A DNA stretch of 63,740 nucleotides, counting the filler, from Ferroacidibacillus organovorans (GTDB lineage Bacteria; Bacillota; Bacilli; Alicyclobacillales; SLC66): the NCBI RefSeq assembly GCF_001642725.1. It is 3 parts of 3 records of this genome, joined end to end, with 100 filler letters (N's around TTAATTAATTAA, not from the genome) between each part and the next. Parts side by side here need not be neighbours in the genome. Positions count along the whole stretch, not along the records: positions 1 to 24,063 come from NZ_LSUQ01000038.1; 2 more parts are not named here. One strand, given 5' to 3'. The translations under genes were made by a program, and so were the position numbers. The notes beneath the pieces were generated by a model. The model was not told where the DNA came from, did no database searches, and saw only the letters and a list, made by a program, of their open reading frames with translations. Shown here piece by piece: positions 1-10,043 of the stretch (positions are counted from its first letter, which is position 1; each line of letters opens with the position of its first letter).

Positions 1-2821
1 CGACAGAAGAGATTGCATCCTTCACGCGCATCGCGGACGTCGTCATTTCTCCCGCAGAAGTGGAAACGGCGTCACTCGTCTTTGCAAGCGCGGTCACCGC
101 GTGAGACAAGGTTTCGAATACGGCGGTTACTTCTTCCATTGCCTGTGTGCTCGCGGCGGCAGAGCGAAAATCTTCGCGGGCGCTTTGAACGGATTCTTCA
201 GCTTGAGCGCGAATTTCGCGAATCATCTTTTCGATTTTTGCGGTCGCTTCTCGCGAGTTTTCAGCGAGTTGTCGCACCTCATCTGCGACTACTGCGAAGC
301 CGCGCCCGTGTTCGCCTGCGCGTGCAGCCTCAATGGCCGCATTGAGCGCCAAGAGGTTTGTTTGCTCCGCAATTTCTTCTATGAGGCCGACAATCTGCCC
401 AATTTGTGCGGATTTGTCTTGCAAAGAAACGGTTCGCGTGACGCTGATTTCCGAGTTGGCCTGTAGCATTGCGATACGCTTTGCGGAGAGTGCAACATGT
501 TCCCGTCCCGTTTCCGTTTGTTCAACCAGTTGTGTCGCGAGTTTGGCAGTATCTGTCGTGTGACTGTGAACCGCTTCAATCAAGCGTGTGAGCGTCGAGA
601 TCTGCTCTTCAACGCGCAGCGTCTCTTGAGACTGGCGATCAGCCGATTCCGTGACGCGCGATGAAACCTCCGCGAGGTTCATGGATGCGCGTGCGATTTC
701 AGTGGTGGTTGAACCCAATTCCTGCGAAGAAGCAGAAAGTTCCTGGGCACTCGCTTGAATGACGTTCATCAGTGAAGAAACCGCTTCTCGCAATTTCTGG
801 AAAGACTCAGTCATCATACTTGATTCGCGGCTTCTCGGGATAATCCCGTGAAATGCGCGGAAATCGCCGTCACCCATTCGCTTTGCCCAAGCGACCAGTT
901 GTTCAAACGCCCGTGAAATCATCAGAGGCATGATCAGGCCAATCGCCAGTGAGATGAGTATGGTGATGATGCTCCCGATCAGTTCAATCAGGTTTGTCCG
1001 CGTCATAAAAGCCTCGTAATTTGCGAGCGATACGTTTCGGGAGTGTTCGGCAAGGCTGGTCATCTCTTGCAGCGGCGCGATCAGTGTTTCCACATTGATG
1101 GAGCGCCAGATTGAAAGAGCGGCTTTTTGTTGACCAGTTGCTGTGTCCATGAGCGCATTCCCGAATTGACTCTGATAATTGTTTAGCGCCGATTGAAACT
1201 CGCGCATATCTGCTCGCAGTCGCGCAGCATACTGTGCATTGGATGTTGCAATCGCTCGATTCACAGCCGCAACATCTGCATTGAGGAGAGCCAAGTCTGT
1301 CTGCTGGGTTTGGGCAGACGCTGCCTGGAGATTTCCCGTCGGGGAAATGATGTAGCGTGCCGAATCTTCGTCAAAGCGGCGCACCGCGCTTTTGAGTGAA
1401 AGCGCTGAGACGACCACCGGATCATCTTGTGTAAATATCGACTGGGCGCTCGCCTCAAGGTTCCCCGTCGCAAAATGAATCGATAACGTTAAAATTAAAT
1501 AGAGCGCGATAACAAAACTGAAACCACCGAATAAGTAAGCGCGAATCGATATTTTTAAGCCGCGCCCGTGTTCGCCTGCGCGTGCAGCCTCAATGGCCGC
1601 ATTGAGCGCCAAGAGGTTTGTTTGCTCCGCAATTTCTTCTATGAGGCCGACAATCTGCCCAATTTGTGCGGATTTGTCTTGCAAAGAAACGGTTCGCGTG
1701 ACGCTGATTTCCGAGTTGGCCTGTAGCATTGCGATACGCTTTGCGGAGAGTGCAACATGTTCCCGTCCCGTTTCCGTTTGTTCAACCAGTTGTGTCGCGA
1801 GTTTGGCAGTATCTGTCGTGTGACTGTGAACCGCTTCAATCAAGCGTGTGAGCGTCGAGATCTGCTCTTCAACGCGCAGCGTCTCTTGAGACTGGCGATC
1901 AGCCGATTCCGTGACGCGCGATGAAACCTCCGCGAGGTTCATGGATGCGCGTGCGATTTCAGTGGTGGTTGAACCCAATTCCTGCGAAGAAGCAGAAAGT
2001 TCCTGGGCACTCGCTTGAATGACGTTCATCAGTGAAGAAACCGCTTCTCGCAATTTCTGGAAAGACTCAGTCATCATACTTGATTCGCGGCTTCTCGGGA
2101 TAATCCCGTGAAATGCGCGGAAATCGCCGTCACCCATTCGCTTTGCCCAAGCGACCAGTTGTTCAAACGCCCGTGAAATCATCAGAGGCATGATCAGGCC
2201 AATCGCCAGTGAGATGAGTATGGTGATGATGCTCCCGATCAGTTCAATCAGGTTTGTCCGCGTCATAAAAGCCTCGTAATTTGCGAGCGATACGTTTCGG
2301 GAGTGTTCGGCAAGGCTGGTCATCTCTTGCAGCGGCGCGATCAGTGTTTCCACATTGATGGAGCGCCAGATTGAAAGAGCGGCTTTTTGTTGACCAGTTG
2401 CTGTGTCCATGAGCGCATTCCCGAATTGACTCTGATAATTGTTTAGCGCCGATTGAAACTCGCGCATATCTGCTCGCAGTCGCGCAGCATACTGTGCATT
2501 GGATGTTGCAATCGCTCGATTCACAGCCGCAACATCTGCATTGAGGAGAGCCAAGTCTGTCTGCTGGGTTTGGGCAGACGCTGCCTGGAGATTTCCCGTC
2601 GGGGAAATGATGTAGCGTGCCGAATCTTCGTCAAAGCGGCGCACCGCGCTTTTGAGTGAAAGCGCTGAGACGACCACCGGATCATCTTGTGTAAATATCG
2701 ACTGGGCGCTCGCCTCAAGGTTCCCCGTCGCAAAATGAATCGATAACGTTAAAATTAAATAGAGCGCGATAACAAAACTGAAACCACCGAATAAGTAAGC
2801 GCGAATCGATATTTTTTTCAA
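1..2821 (-). CDS. Methyl-accepting chemotaxis protein (3' end outside window; contains an in-frame 420-codon duplication)
   Basis: Not in the ORF track because it has no stop in the window. TTG at 2821 overlaps the cheA stop (TTGA), with GGAGG upstream. Reads [24 protein letters not shown] (TM1), sensor domain, TM2/HAMP, then the MCP signature [38 protein letters not shown]. Confidence 0.92.
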   Translation of the reverse strand, partial: MKKISIRAYLFGGFSFVIALYLILTLSIHFATGNLEASAQSIFTQDDPVVVSALSLKSAVRRFDEDSARYIISPTGNLQAASAQTQQTDLALLNADVAAVNRAIATSNAQYAARLRADMREFQSALNNYQSQFGNALMDTATGQQKAALSIWRSINVETLIAPLQEMTSLAEHSRNVSLANYEAFMTRTNLIELIGSIITILISLAIGLIMPLMISRAFEQLVAWAKRMGDGDFRAFHGIIPRSRESSMMTESFQKLREAVSSLMNVIQASAQELSASSQELGSTTTEIARASMNLAEVSSRVTESADRQSQETLRVEEQISTLTRLIEAVHSHTTDTAKLATQLVEQTETGREHVALSAKRIAMLQANSEISVTRTVSLQDKSAQIGQIVGLIEEIAEQTNLLALNAAIEAARAGEHGRGLKISIRAYLFGGFSFVIALYLILTLSIHFATGNLEASAQSIFTQDDPVVVSALSLKSAVRRFDEDSARYIISPTGNLQAASAQTQQTDLALLNADVAAVNRAIATSNAQYAARLRADMREFQSALNNYQSQFGNALMDTATGQQKAALSIWRSINVETLIAPLQEMTSLAEHSRNVSLANYEAFMTRTNLIELIGSIITILISLAIGLIMPLMISRAFEQLVAWAKRMGDGDFRAFHGIIPRSRESSMMTESFQKLREAVSSLMNVIQASAQELSASSQELGSTTTEIARASMNLAEVSSRVTESADRQSQETLRVEEQISTLTRLIEAVHSHTTDTAKLATQLVEQTETGREHVALSAKRIAMLQANSEISVTRTVSLQDKSAQIGQIVGLIEEIAEQTNLLALNAAIEAARAGEHGRGFAVVADEVRQLAENSREATAKIEKMIREIRAQAEESVQSAREDFRSAAASTQAMEEVTAVFETLSHAVTALAKTSDAVSTSAGEMTTSAMRVKDAISSV
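297..2816. repeat. Tandem duplication, 2 x 1260 bp (297-1556 and 1557-2816)
   Basis: Lines from 301 and from 1561 read identically, and ORF-track entries recur with a 1260 offset (333/1593, 1193/2453). Confidence 0.97.
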
Positions 2822-5136
2822 ACGTAGGTCCTCCCGACCACTTCATCCATAAAGGCGTTTGCGTCAAGAATAAGAGAGACTTCACCATCCCCGAGAATCG
2901 TTGCGCCAGCAAAATAGGGAATCTTCTTCAGTTTTGCATCGAGCGATTTTAAAACAACCTCAAACTGCCCCACCAATTCGTCGACTGCGATGCCGACGAC
3001 GCGTTCGCCTCGGCTGACGAAGACGACATACGCGGATGACTCGCCATTCTCCTGGCCAAATACACTGCGCGCTCTGACGATCGGCACAACCTGCCCGCGC
3101 CAAACGACGACCTCTTTGCCGTGAAGCAGCCGAGTCGGCCCGAGTCGACCGGTCTCTGAAATACTTCCGATGGGGATGAGATAAGGGTCAATGCCTATGC
3201 GAACCATCAAACCATCCATGATGGCAAGCGTCATCGGCAGGCGAATCACAAACTTTGTTCCTCGCCCTTCTTCACTATACACATCGATCTTGCCTGAGAG
3301 CGCCTCGATCTTCGTGCGCACCACATCGAGGCCTACCCCTCGTCCAGAGAGATCGCTGATTTGGTCTGCGGTAGAGAAGCCTGACGCAAAGAGCAGTTGA
3401 TTGACCTGATGGTCTGTCAACACTTCATTTGAACCGACGATGCCTCGCTCGCGCGCTTTTCGCAGCACCTTTTCGCGCGGAATTCCTCCGCCGTCGTCTT
3501 CCACTTCAATAAATACGTGGTTTCCAGCTGCATAAGCGCGCAGCTCAATTCTCCCGACCGCCGGTTTCCCCGCGATCCGTCTCTTTTCAGCCGATTCAAT
3601 ACCGTGATCGAGGGAGTTTCTCAGCATGTGCAAAATAGGGTCGCCGATCTCTTCCACAACTGTGCGATCGAGTTCCGTAGATTCTCCCGTTACGACGAAC
3701 TCAATCTGCTTGTTTAAAGATTGTGCCGTATCGCGCACCATGCGGGGAAAGCGGTTAAATACGCTCTCGACGGGGATCATCCGGATCGACATGATCAGTT
3801 CCTGAAGTTCATTAGACAGTCGACTCATGTGATCGATCGTCTCACTGAGATCGTGGTGCATCACCTCAGTTCGAATCCGTTCGAGTCGCGTCTTATCGAT
3901 GACCAGTTCTGAGACCAGATTCATAAGATCGTCCAGTTTGCCAGTGTCGACTCGAATGGTACTGGTTTTACGTTTTTCGGTTTTTGCCGCCTCACCGCTG
4001 AATGACGCGATGAGATTTTCTCCTCGCGTCGCACCCTCGTCCGTTTTGAGCCACTCGCGCAACTCCACAAGACTCACTTCAAGGATGCTCTGGATGCGCG
4101 ATTGAATGACGGCGGCGCTATCTTCTGCGTAACAGACGAAGAGTACTTCACGATCCATCTCTTCGGCCTCAATTTTTGTGATGTGCGGTTCACAAAAGAG
4201 GAGGTGGTCATGACCGCCAACTGCTTCAAAGACCATAAACATCCGCGCCGCTTTCATGCGGCATGCCTCGGATAACCTGATCCCGACTTCAAGGACAATT
4301 TTATGCTCTTCGAGCACCTTGGCGATCACGGTGCGAACGTGCGGATCTTCGGTGATGTTTTGATTCTCTGGAAGCAGATTACCTGTTTTTTGGTAGGTTT
4401 CGCCTGTGAGCAGCCACTCGTGAATGGAGCGTGGGATGATTTCAGAAACGCTCACGAGGGTTTCTCCCACGTCATCCATTTCATCGTGTGTCGCAAGCAC
4501 TGCGGTAATCTCTCCGGAATAATCTCCCGCATCAAGGATTGTCGCGTCAGGTGTCGTCGAGAGTAACTGGTTTTGATCGATGCGCTGGAGCCATTGTTGA
4601 AAACGGGCGAGCGGCATCACACAATTTTTGTCAAAGCCAATCGTTATTTCAAAGACTCGGTATCCCTGGCGAATGGCCTCTTCGGCGACGGCACGTTCAG
4701 CCGAGTGCAGCGGACGCACAGGTTCAGGGACGGTCGCCGCTGCAGTGGACGTGGCGGCTGGTTCCTTGCGCGCGGCAGTCAGTGCGCGCAACACTTCGCT
4801 CACGTCCATGGCGCGCTCTTGACCTGACGATTCAATATCGTCAAGTAATGTTTCAAGATGATCGAGACCGTGAAGCAACGCGTCGACGACAGGCGTACTC
4901 ATTGCCAACCGCCCATTGCGCACATCGTCCAAAAGATTTTCTGCGCTATGCGTGATTTCCCCCATGCGCTGAAACCCCATCGTCATGGCCATTCCTTTTA
5001 TCGTATGTGCTGCGCGGAATATGGTGGGTATAACGCTAAGGTCGTTTGTTTTTTCAAGTCGCATCAGACCGTCGGACCAGGCCTGAAGATGTTCGCGCGT
5101 CTCGTCGACAAACATCGTTAAATACTCTACGCTCAC
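2818..5136 (-). CDS. cheA: Chemotaxis histidine kinase CheA (apparently two P2 domains)
   Basis: Hpt [12 protein letters not shown], dimerisation [21 protein letters not shown], HATPase [12 protein letters not shown]-terminal CheW-like domain. Confidence 0.96.
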   Translation of the reverse strand: MSVEYLTMFVDETREHLQAWSDGLMRLEKTNDLSVIPTIFRAAHTIKGMAMTMGFQRMGEITHSAENLLDDVRNGRLAMSTPVVDALLHGLDHLETLLDDIESSGQERAMDVSEVLRALTAARKEPAATSTAAATVPEPVRPLHSAERAVAEEAIRQGYRVFEITIGFDKNCVMPLARFQQWLQRIDQNQLLSTTPDATILDAGDYSGEITAVLATHDEMDDVGETLVSVSEIIPRSIHEWLLTGETYQKTGNLLPENQNITEDPHVRTVIAKVLEEHKIVLEVGIRLSEACRMKAARMFMVFEAVGGHDHLLFCEPHITKIEAEEMDREVLFVCYAEDSAAVIQSRIQSILEVSLVELREWLKTDEGATRGENLIASFSGEAAKTEKRKTSTIRVDTGKLDDLMNLVSELVIDKTRLERIRTEVMHHDLSETIDHMSRLSNELQELIMSIRMIPVESVFNRFPRMVRDTAQSLNKQIEFVVTGESTELDRTVVEEIGDPILHMLRNSLDHGIESAEKRRIAGKPAVGRIELRAYAAGNHVFIEVEDDGGGIPREKVLRKARERGIVGSNEVLTDHQVNQLLFASGFSTADQISDLSGRGVGLDVVRTKIEALSGKIDVYSEEGRGTKFVIRLPMTLAIMDGLMVRIGIDPYLIPIGSISETGRLGPTRLLHGKEVVVWRGQVVPIVRARSVFGQENGESSAYVVFVSRGERVVGIAVDELVGQFEVVLKSLDAKLKKIPYFAGATILGDGEVSLILDANAFMDEVVGRTYV

Positions 5137-5362
5137 AGGCTACACCTCGATAGGATAAAACGTCGAATCGAAACGAATCGTTGCAGATCTTGACTCATCC
5201 TAGTAATTCGCGTTAATGCCAGGTGTTTCCTGCTCATTCGTGATTTTTCATCGACAAAAAGGGACGTGCGAAATGGGAACCTGATGATGGGTTGAATGTG
5301 GGTATGGGATCGGTGCTGATCGCGCAAAATGAGGGTGCAATGAATCTGTGGGGGGATTTGGA

Positions 5363-5800
5363 ATGGTTTTTCGAAGCGTAGCTATTTTTCTTGTTTGGAG
5401 TGGCTTGTCTCTTGTGAATCGTGATCAAAACGTGGCGGTTGACAGAGGTGTAAACGCCACTTACAGTGCGAGTCGCACGTCTTACGCCATCTATGCGCAA
5501 GGAAAAAATGCGGCTCACACATTGACGTTGAATCTCGTTGCGCTGGATTACAAATATGCTCCAAAAACTTTGACGGTGAATCAAGGAACGCGTGTGACGG
5601 TTCAACTTTTTAATCGGGGTAAATCCATGCACAATTGGACATTGACAAGTGGTGTTTACACTGTAAGCACGCCAAACGTAAAACCTGGTCACGCGGAGAC
5701 CGTGACATTTATGGCGGACAAAAAAGGGGAATTTCCATTTTATTGCTCTGTGCGAAATCATAAAGAAATGGGTATGGTTGGGCAACTTATCATTCATTGA
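5363..5800 (+). CDS. Exported or membrane-anchored cupredoxin (type-1 blue copper protein)
   Basis: Hydrophobic N-terminus; HNWT His plus FYCSVRNHKEMGMVGQLII (C-x4-H-x4-M ligand loop). Start uncertain (5348 or 5363). Confidence 0.8.
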   Translation: MVFRSVAIFLVWSGLSLVNRDQNVAVDRGVNATYSASRTSYAIYAQGKNAAHTLTLNLVALDYKYAPKTLTVNQGTRVTVQLFNRGKSMHNWTLTSGVYTVSTPNVKPGHAETVTFMADKKGEFPFYCSVRNHKEMGMVGQLIIH

Positions 5801-5880
5801 TGACACGTAAGCCTTCACGTATAAACGCTACAACCATCGCAACCAAAATCAGATCGTCGTCAGGAATTGCCTCGCATCAA

Positions 5881-6036
5881 TCAAATCTTATCCTTCATCG
5901 CTTCAATGACCAACTGGTCGAGTTTTACAGACAGGTCTAGCAGTTTCGGATCATCGAGGCGATTTGTTCCGTTGTACAAGGTATCCATTTCGCTGCGAAT
6001 GGTGTCGATCGCAGCCTCTAACGTTGCTGTACTCAT
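5881..6036 (-). CDS. Spo0E-family aspartyl-phosphate phosphatase
   Basis: 51 aa with IDTIRSEM...DPKLLDLSVKLDQLV, matching the Spo0E S-x-x-L-D signature; AAGGAG upstream. Confidence 0.7.
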   Translation of the reverse strand: MSTATLEAAIDTIRSEMDTLYNGTNRLDDPKLLDLSVKLDQLVIEAMKDKI

Positions 6037-6275
6037 GAAGAATTCGTCCACTCCTTTTCGTTCGCTCGATCGTCTGCCCCCCACAAGATGGAATCCTCGA
6101 CGTATCGTTTGGCAACATCGTGATCCTACCATGTCACACCCCGTTTGTCATCGGCTTTATTGGAGTAATTCGTAAAATAAACTAAATTTATGTCCAAAAA
6201 AGTCGAAAAATCGAAAAAGGCAAAATCCCACAGGAGGCGATTCACCTTTTTCGACAGTTACAGCAGATCGATGTG

Positions 6276-6701
6276 CTATTGCACCTGTGACAGTGCATGC
6301 TGAACTTTTTGTTTGACGTCGTCCGTCGTGTGTCCTTCAATCTGTTGTCTTTCAATAAGTGTGACAAAGTTGCCATCTTTTAAAACGGCAATGGATGGTG
6401 ATGACGGTGCATACCCTTTGAAATAGGTGCGCGCTTTCTGTGTTGCTTCGACGTCCTGACCCGCGAAAACGGTCACCATGTGATCTGGCTTAGGGCCTTC
6501 AGCGATTGCCTGCGCCACGGCAGGGCGTGCAATTCCTGCGGCGCACCCGCAAATTGAGTTGACGACGCAAAGTGTGATTCCTTTTTCTGCAAAGGCGCTT
6601 TCTACATCATCAGAAGAGCGCAACTCCTGAAACCCAATCTCCGTGAGTTCTTTGCGCATTGGCTGAATAATTTCAAGAAAAATCGGCGAATCGTAAACCA
6701 T
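6276..6701 (-). CDS. Bacilliredoxin BrxA/BrxB family (YphP/YqiW)
   Basis: VVNSICGCAAGIARP CGC motif, TVFAGQD, PSSPS. Confidence 0.92.
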   Translation of the reverse strand: MVYDSPIFLEIIQPMRKELTEIGFQELRSSDDVESAFAEKGITLCVVNSICGCAAGIARPAVAQAIAEGPKPDHMVTVFAGQDVEATQKARTYFKGYAPSSPSIAVLKDGNFVTLIERQQIEGHTTDDVKQKVQHALSQVQ

Positions 6702-6803
6702 TGTGGTAACCCCCTGTTGTAACGTTTCATTAGATTTCCTTGCTTAAAGTATACCATACATGAAAAGAGCGTTCGTCTTTAGATGAAGTCACTTCGCATC
6801 TAC

Positions 6804-7436
6804 CTACGACTTCTGTCGGTTTGCCGTCACTTCTTTTTTCTTTTTTGTCCCCAATTTATTGCCTGCGCGATGAATGAAAATGTAGCCTACAACGAGGATC
6901 AGCACGCCTGAGATGACAAGGATCGGATGGGCAAAAAAGAGGTGGACGAGCGCTTTCCACTCCGTGCCAATCGTTGCGCCAAGAAGGACAAAGGCGGTGA
7001 CCCAGATGGCCGTCGAGATGAGACTGATGACAGCGAAAATCCACGGTTTCATCTTGTTTATTCCTGCGACGTAGACGATAATCACCCGAACACCTGCGAT
7101 AAAGCGTCCGAATAGAAGAATGGGTATCGAATAGCGTCGAAAGATGTCTTCGAAGCGATCGAGTTTCTCCTCCGTTAAACGAATCAGTTTCCCTACGCGC
7201 AGGAGAAGGGGGCGTCCAAGGAAAGAGCCAATGAGATACGCGATGACAGAACCTACAAACGAACCAATGGTGGCCGCGATGAGAAGAGGGATGAGTTTAA
7301 AATCCCCTTGGTGCCACATGACGCCAGAAATGACCAACGTGGTTTCGGCGGGAAATGGGATGAAAATAAACTCGAGAATCAATCCCACAAATACGCCTAA
7401 ATAGCCATAATGTGCGAGAATCGTATGTGCGGACAT
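6804..7436 (-). CDS. DedA family membrane protein
   Basis: LE..IPFPAET, FGRFIAGVR motifs, hydrophobic helices. Confidence 0.9.
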   Translation of the reverse strand: MSAHTILAHYGYLGVFVGLILEFIFIPFPAETTLVISGVMWHQGDFKLIPLLIAATIGSFVGSVIAYLIGSFLGRPLLLRVGKLIRLTEEKLDRFEDIFRRYSIPILLFGRFIAGVRVIIVYVAGINKMKPWIFAVISLISTAIWVTAFVLLGATIGTEWKALVHLFFAHPILVISGVLILVVGYIFIHRAGNKLGTKKKKEVTANRQKS

Positions 7437-7653
7437 GGTTCACCTTCCTATATTCCCCAGTCGATTTTACACGCGCTCTCGCGTGTTCTTCATCAAGAAG
7501 ACGCTGTGATGGGTCAAAAAGTTCAGTGCGCCGAAAACGTTCTTGATCATTTTCAAACACGTGGAGGTTGTTTCTGTAGTTTAGGGATGTCGCAGCGCCA
7601 CGTCAATGAAAATGGCGAATTTGCATAAAGTTCACAGTGGAGAAAGGCCGGTT

Positions 7654-7718
7654 TGTTATACTTTGCGTATCACGATCGTGATCACGATCACGATCACGAT
7701 GTGTTGATTGTCACGATG
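7654..7718 (+). promoter_or_regulatory. Extended -10 promoter followed by a TCACGA(T) repeat array upstream of glpD
   Basis: TGtTATACT at 7654-7662, palindrome TCACGATCGTGA at 7670-7681, then repeated TCACGA units to ~7717, before the GGAGG RBS. Confidence 0.5.
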
Positions 7719-7733
7719 AACGGAGGCTATCGC

Positions 7734-9473
7734 GTGCACCGAATACCGTTTTCTTATGAGAGCCGACAACAGCGAATCGATTATTTAGCAAACTCTCCGT
7801 TTGATCTCCTTATTATCGGTGGCGGGATTACGGGTGCGGGAATCGCGCGTGAAGCAGCGCTTTCGGGTCTTCACGTCGCACTGATTGAAGCGAAAGATTT
7901 TGGGAGTGGGACGAGCAGTCGCTCGACAAAGTTGTTTCACGGAGGTCTGCGCTATCTTGAGCACGCCGAGTTCTTGCTCGTGCGTGAAGGGGGCCGCGAG
8001 CGCGAGGGCATGCAACGTCTGGCACCTCATCTGGTTGAACCACTCCCTTTTTTATTGCCGATTTATCGCTCGATGAAGTATGGGAAGTTTGCGATGGGTA
8101 CAGCCGTCTGGCTGTATGATCGATTGGCACAAGTGGCGGCGGATGAACAGCGCGTGATTCTGTCAAGAGAAGAGGTATTGCAATCTGAGCCAGGTTTAAA
8201 TGAAGAAGATCTCACGGGCGGCATACGCTATCATGAATATCTGACGGATGACGCACGCTGTGTCGTTACGGTGATTCGTGCGGCGGAACAATTGGGGGCG
8301 TGCGCGCTCAATTATGCGCGCTGCGTGGGGCTTGTTGAGGGAGAAAAGGACGGCCTGATTCGCGGCGCGCGGGTGAATACTGAAGAAGGTGTCGAATTTG
8401 CGATACGCGCAAAGGTTGTTGTCAACGCGGCGGGGCCGTGGATTGAGTCTGTGCTCGCAATGGAGGGGGATGCCTCAAATGAGCAGAGTACGCCGCGCAT
8501 CCTTCACAGTCGTGGTGTGCACCTCGTTTTTTCGCGCGAGCGACTCCCGATTACCCATGCCTTTGCGATTCAGACTCCGGACGGACGGTTAATGTTCATT
8601 ATTCCGCGAGAAGATGTCACGTTTGTCGGCACGACGGATGAGGTATACGATGGTGAACTGTATCAACCGGGCATCCACGAGCGAGATGTTACCTATTTGC
8701 TTGATCTGCTCCACGGTCTGTTTCCAAATGCGCAGATCGTCGAGCAGGATATCATCGGTCAATGGTCTGGCGTCCGTCCGTTGGTGCTTGAACCGGGAAA
8801 GGAAACGAAGGACGTCTCGCGAAAGGATCAAGTCTCGATTGGGGCGCGTCACCTGGTGACGATCGCGGGCGGCAAGCTGACCGCGTGGCGTAAGATGGCT
8901 GAGGAGGTAATGGAGCACGTCTATGAAGTGATGGAACGGCAAGGGCATCCTGTCAATCCGTATCATCGGGAGCGCGCCAGTCGTCTCTCTCCTCTGGCGC
9001 CTCTTCCCGGCAGTTTGCAGATTCCCCCGAAGGGCGTGGCGGAGTGGGCGCAGTGCGAAATCGAAAAGATGGTTGAACGATACGCCATTGCGCGTGAGGA
9101 CGCGTTTTGGTTAACGCGACGTTACGGGGATGAGGCAGAAAGTGTTCTTCTATGTGCCAAGCGTACGAACGGGTTGGCGAGAGTGGAGCAAAACGTCCCT
9201 CTTTTAAAGGGAGAGCTTGACTATTTGATCGAGGTCGAACTCGTCTGTCATCTTTCTGATCTTGTTGTGCGTCGGACAGGTCTTGGCTATTTCGGTGGCG
9301 ACGCTGCAATGCGCGCGATATCGGCGATTGCCGATGCAATGGCGCAGCGTCTCGCGTGGGACGCGGCGCGCGTGAACGAAGAAATTGCGGCGTGCGCGGT
9401 GCAGGCGTATTGGGAAGAACGCGATTTGCGAGCGCAACGGCTCGGAACTCACGCACAGAGCATCACGGGGTGA
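7734..9473 (+). CDS. glpD: FAD-dependent glycerol-3-phosphate dehydrogenase
   Basis: DLLIIGGGITGAGIA, GTSSRSTKLFHGGLRYLE, GGKLTAWRKMAE; GTG start at 7734 after GGAGG. Confidence 0.9.
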   Translation: MHRIPFSYESRQQRIDYLANSPFDLLIIGGGITGAGIAREAALSGLHVALIEAKDFGSGTSSRSTKLFHGGLRYLEHAEFLLVREGGREREGMQRLAPHLVEPLPFLLPIYRSMKYGKFAMGTAVWLYDRLAQVAADEQRVILSREEVLQSEPGLNEEDLTGGIRYHEYLTDDARCVVTVIRAAEQLGACALNYARCVGLVEGEKDGLIRGARVNTEEGVEFAIRAKVVVNAAGPWIESVLAMEGDASNEQSTPRILHSRGVHLVFSRERLPITHAFAIQTPDGRLMFIIPREDVTFVGTTDEVYDGELYQPGIHERDVTYLLDLLHGLFPNAQIVEQDIIGQWSGVRPLVLEPGKETKDVSRKDQVSIGARHLVTIAGGKLTAWRKMAEEVMEHVYEVMERQGHPVNPYHRERASRLSPLAPLPGSLQIPPKGVAEWAQCEIEKMVERYAIAREDAFWLTRRYGDEAESVLLCAKRTNGLARVEQNVPLLKGELDYLIEVELVCHLSDLVVRRTGLGYFGGDAAMRAISAIADAMAQRLAWDAARVNEEIAACAVQAYWEERDLRAQRLGTHAQSITG

Positions 9474-9488
9474 AGGGGCGAAACAAGG

Positions 9489-9983
9489 TTGTCATCAGAA
9501 TGGATAGAAAAAGGCGATATGCTAAGAATGTTAGAAGGGTATGATGCGCGAGATTTAGAGATTGCACTTCGTGCGGCAGACGCGAACCGTCGCGCGCGCG
9601 AGGGAGAACTCTATTTTTTGCACCATCTATTTGGCGAGCAGTTTGACTGGGAAGCGATCGAAGCAGCGGGTGAGGTAGAGATCACGCTACCGATCAATCT
9701 GCTCGTGATGAATCCAGGCCAGATGGTGCACGGAGGCGTTTTGGCGCTGCTCTGTGACAATGCGATGGGCATTGCCAGCCACGCGCGCGCCATGCGCGAC
9801 GGTGTGACCGTTGAATTGACGGTACGCTATCACAAACCTGCGCGGGGCAGCAAGCTTCGCGCTGTCGGCCGTGTCATCTCGTCAGGCTCACACGTGAACA
9901 GCACACAGTGTGAGGTATATGACGACGCAGGGCAACTGGTTACATCGGCGACTGGAACCTTTTATCACAAGAAGCTGCGCTAG
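9489..9983 (+). CDS. PaaI-family hotdog thioesterase
   Basis: NPGQMVHGGVLALLCDNAMG motif. Confidence 0.85.
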   Translation: MSSEWIEKGDMLRMLEGYDARDLEIALRAADANRRAREGELYFLHHLFGEQFDWEAIEAAGEVEITLPINLLVMNPGQMVHGGVLALLCDNAMGIASHARAMRDGVTVELTVRYHKPARGSKLRAVGRVISSGSHVNSTQCEVYDDAGQLVTSATGTFYHKKLR

Positions 9984-9996
9984 TTGTCCGGCATGC

Positions 9997-10032
9997 AAAA
10001 AAGGCAGTACCCTCACGGGTACTGCCTTTTTT
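9997..10032. terminator. Bidirectional intrinsic terminator
   Basis: AAAAAAGGCAGTACCC-TCAC-GGGTACTGCCTTTTTT between convergent genes. Confidence 0.88.
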
Positions 10033-10043
10033 CACTTTTTGCA

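Noticed and set aside
13..2733. Small ORFs listed in the track across 1-2800
   Set aside because: All overlap the minus-strand MCP frame, which the track missed because it lacks a stop in the window.
6201..6256. Spo0A-box-like TGTCGAA (minus strand) upstream of the Spo0E-like gene
   Set aside because: It lies within the hairpin that probably terminates brx and is over 200 bp from the start; a 7-mer alone is weak evidence.
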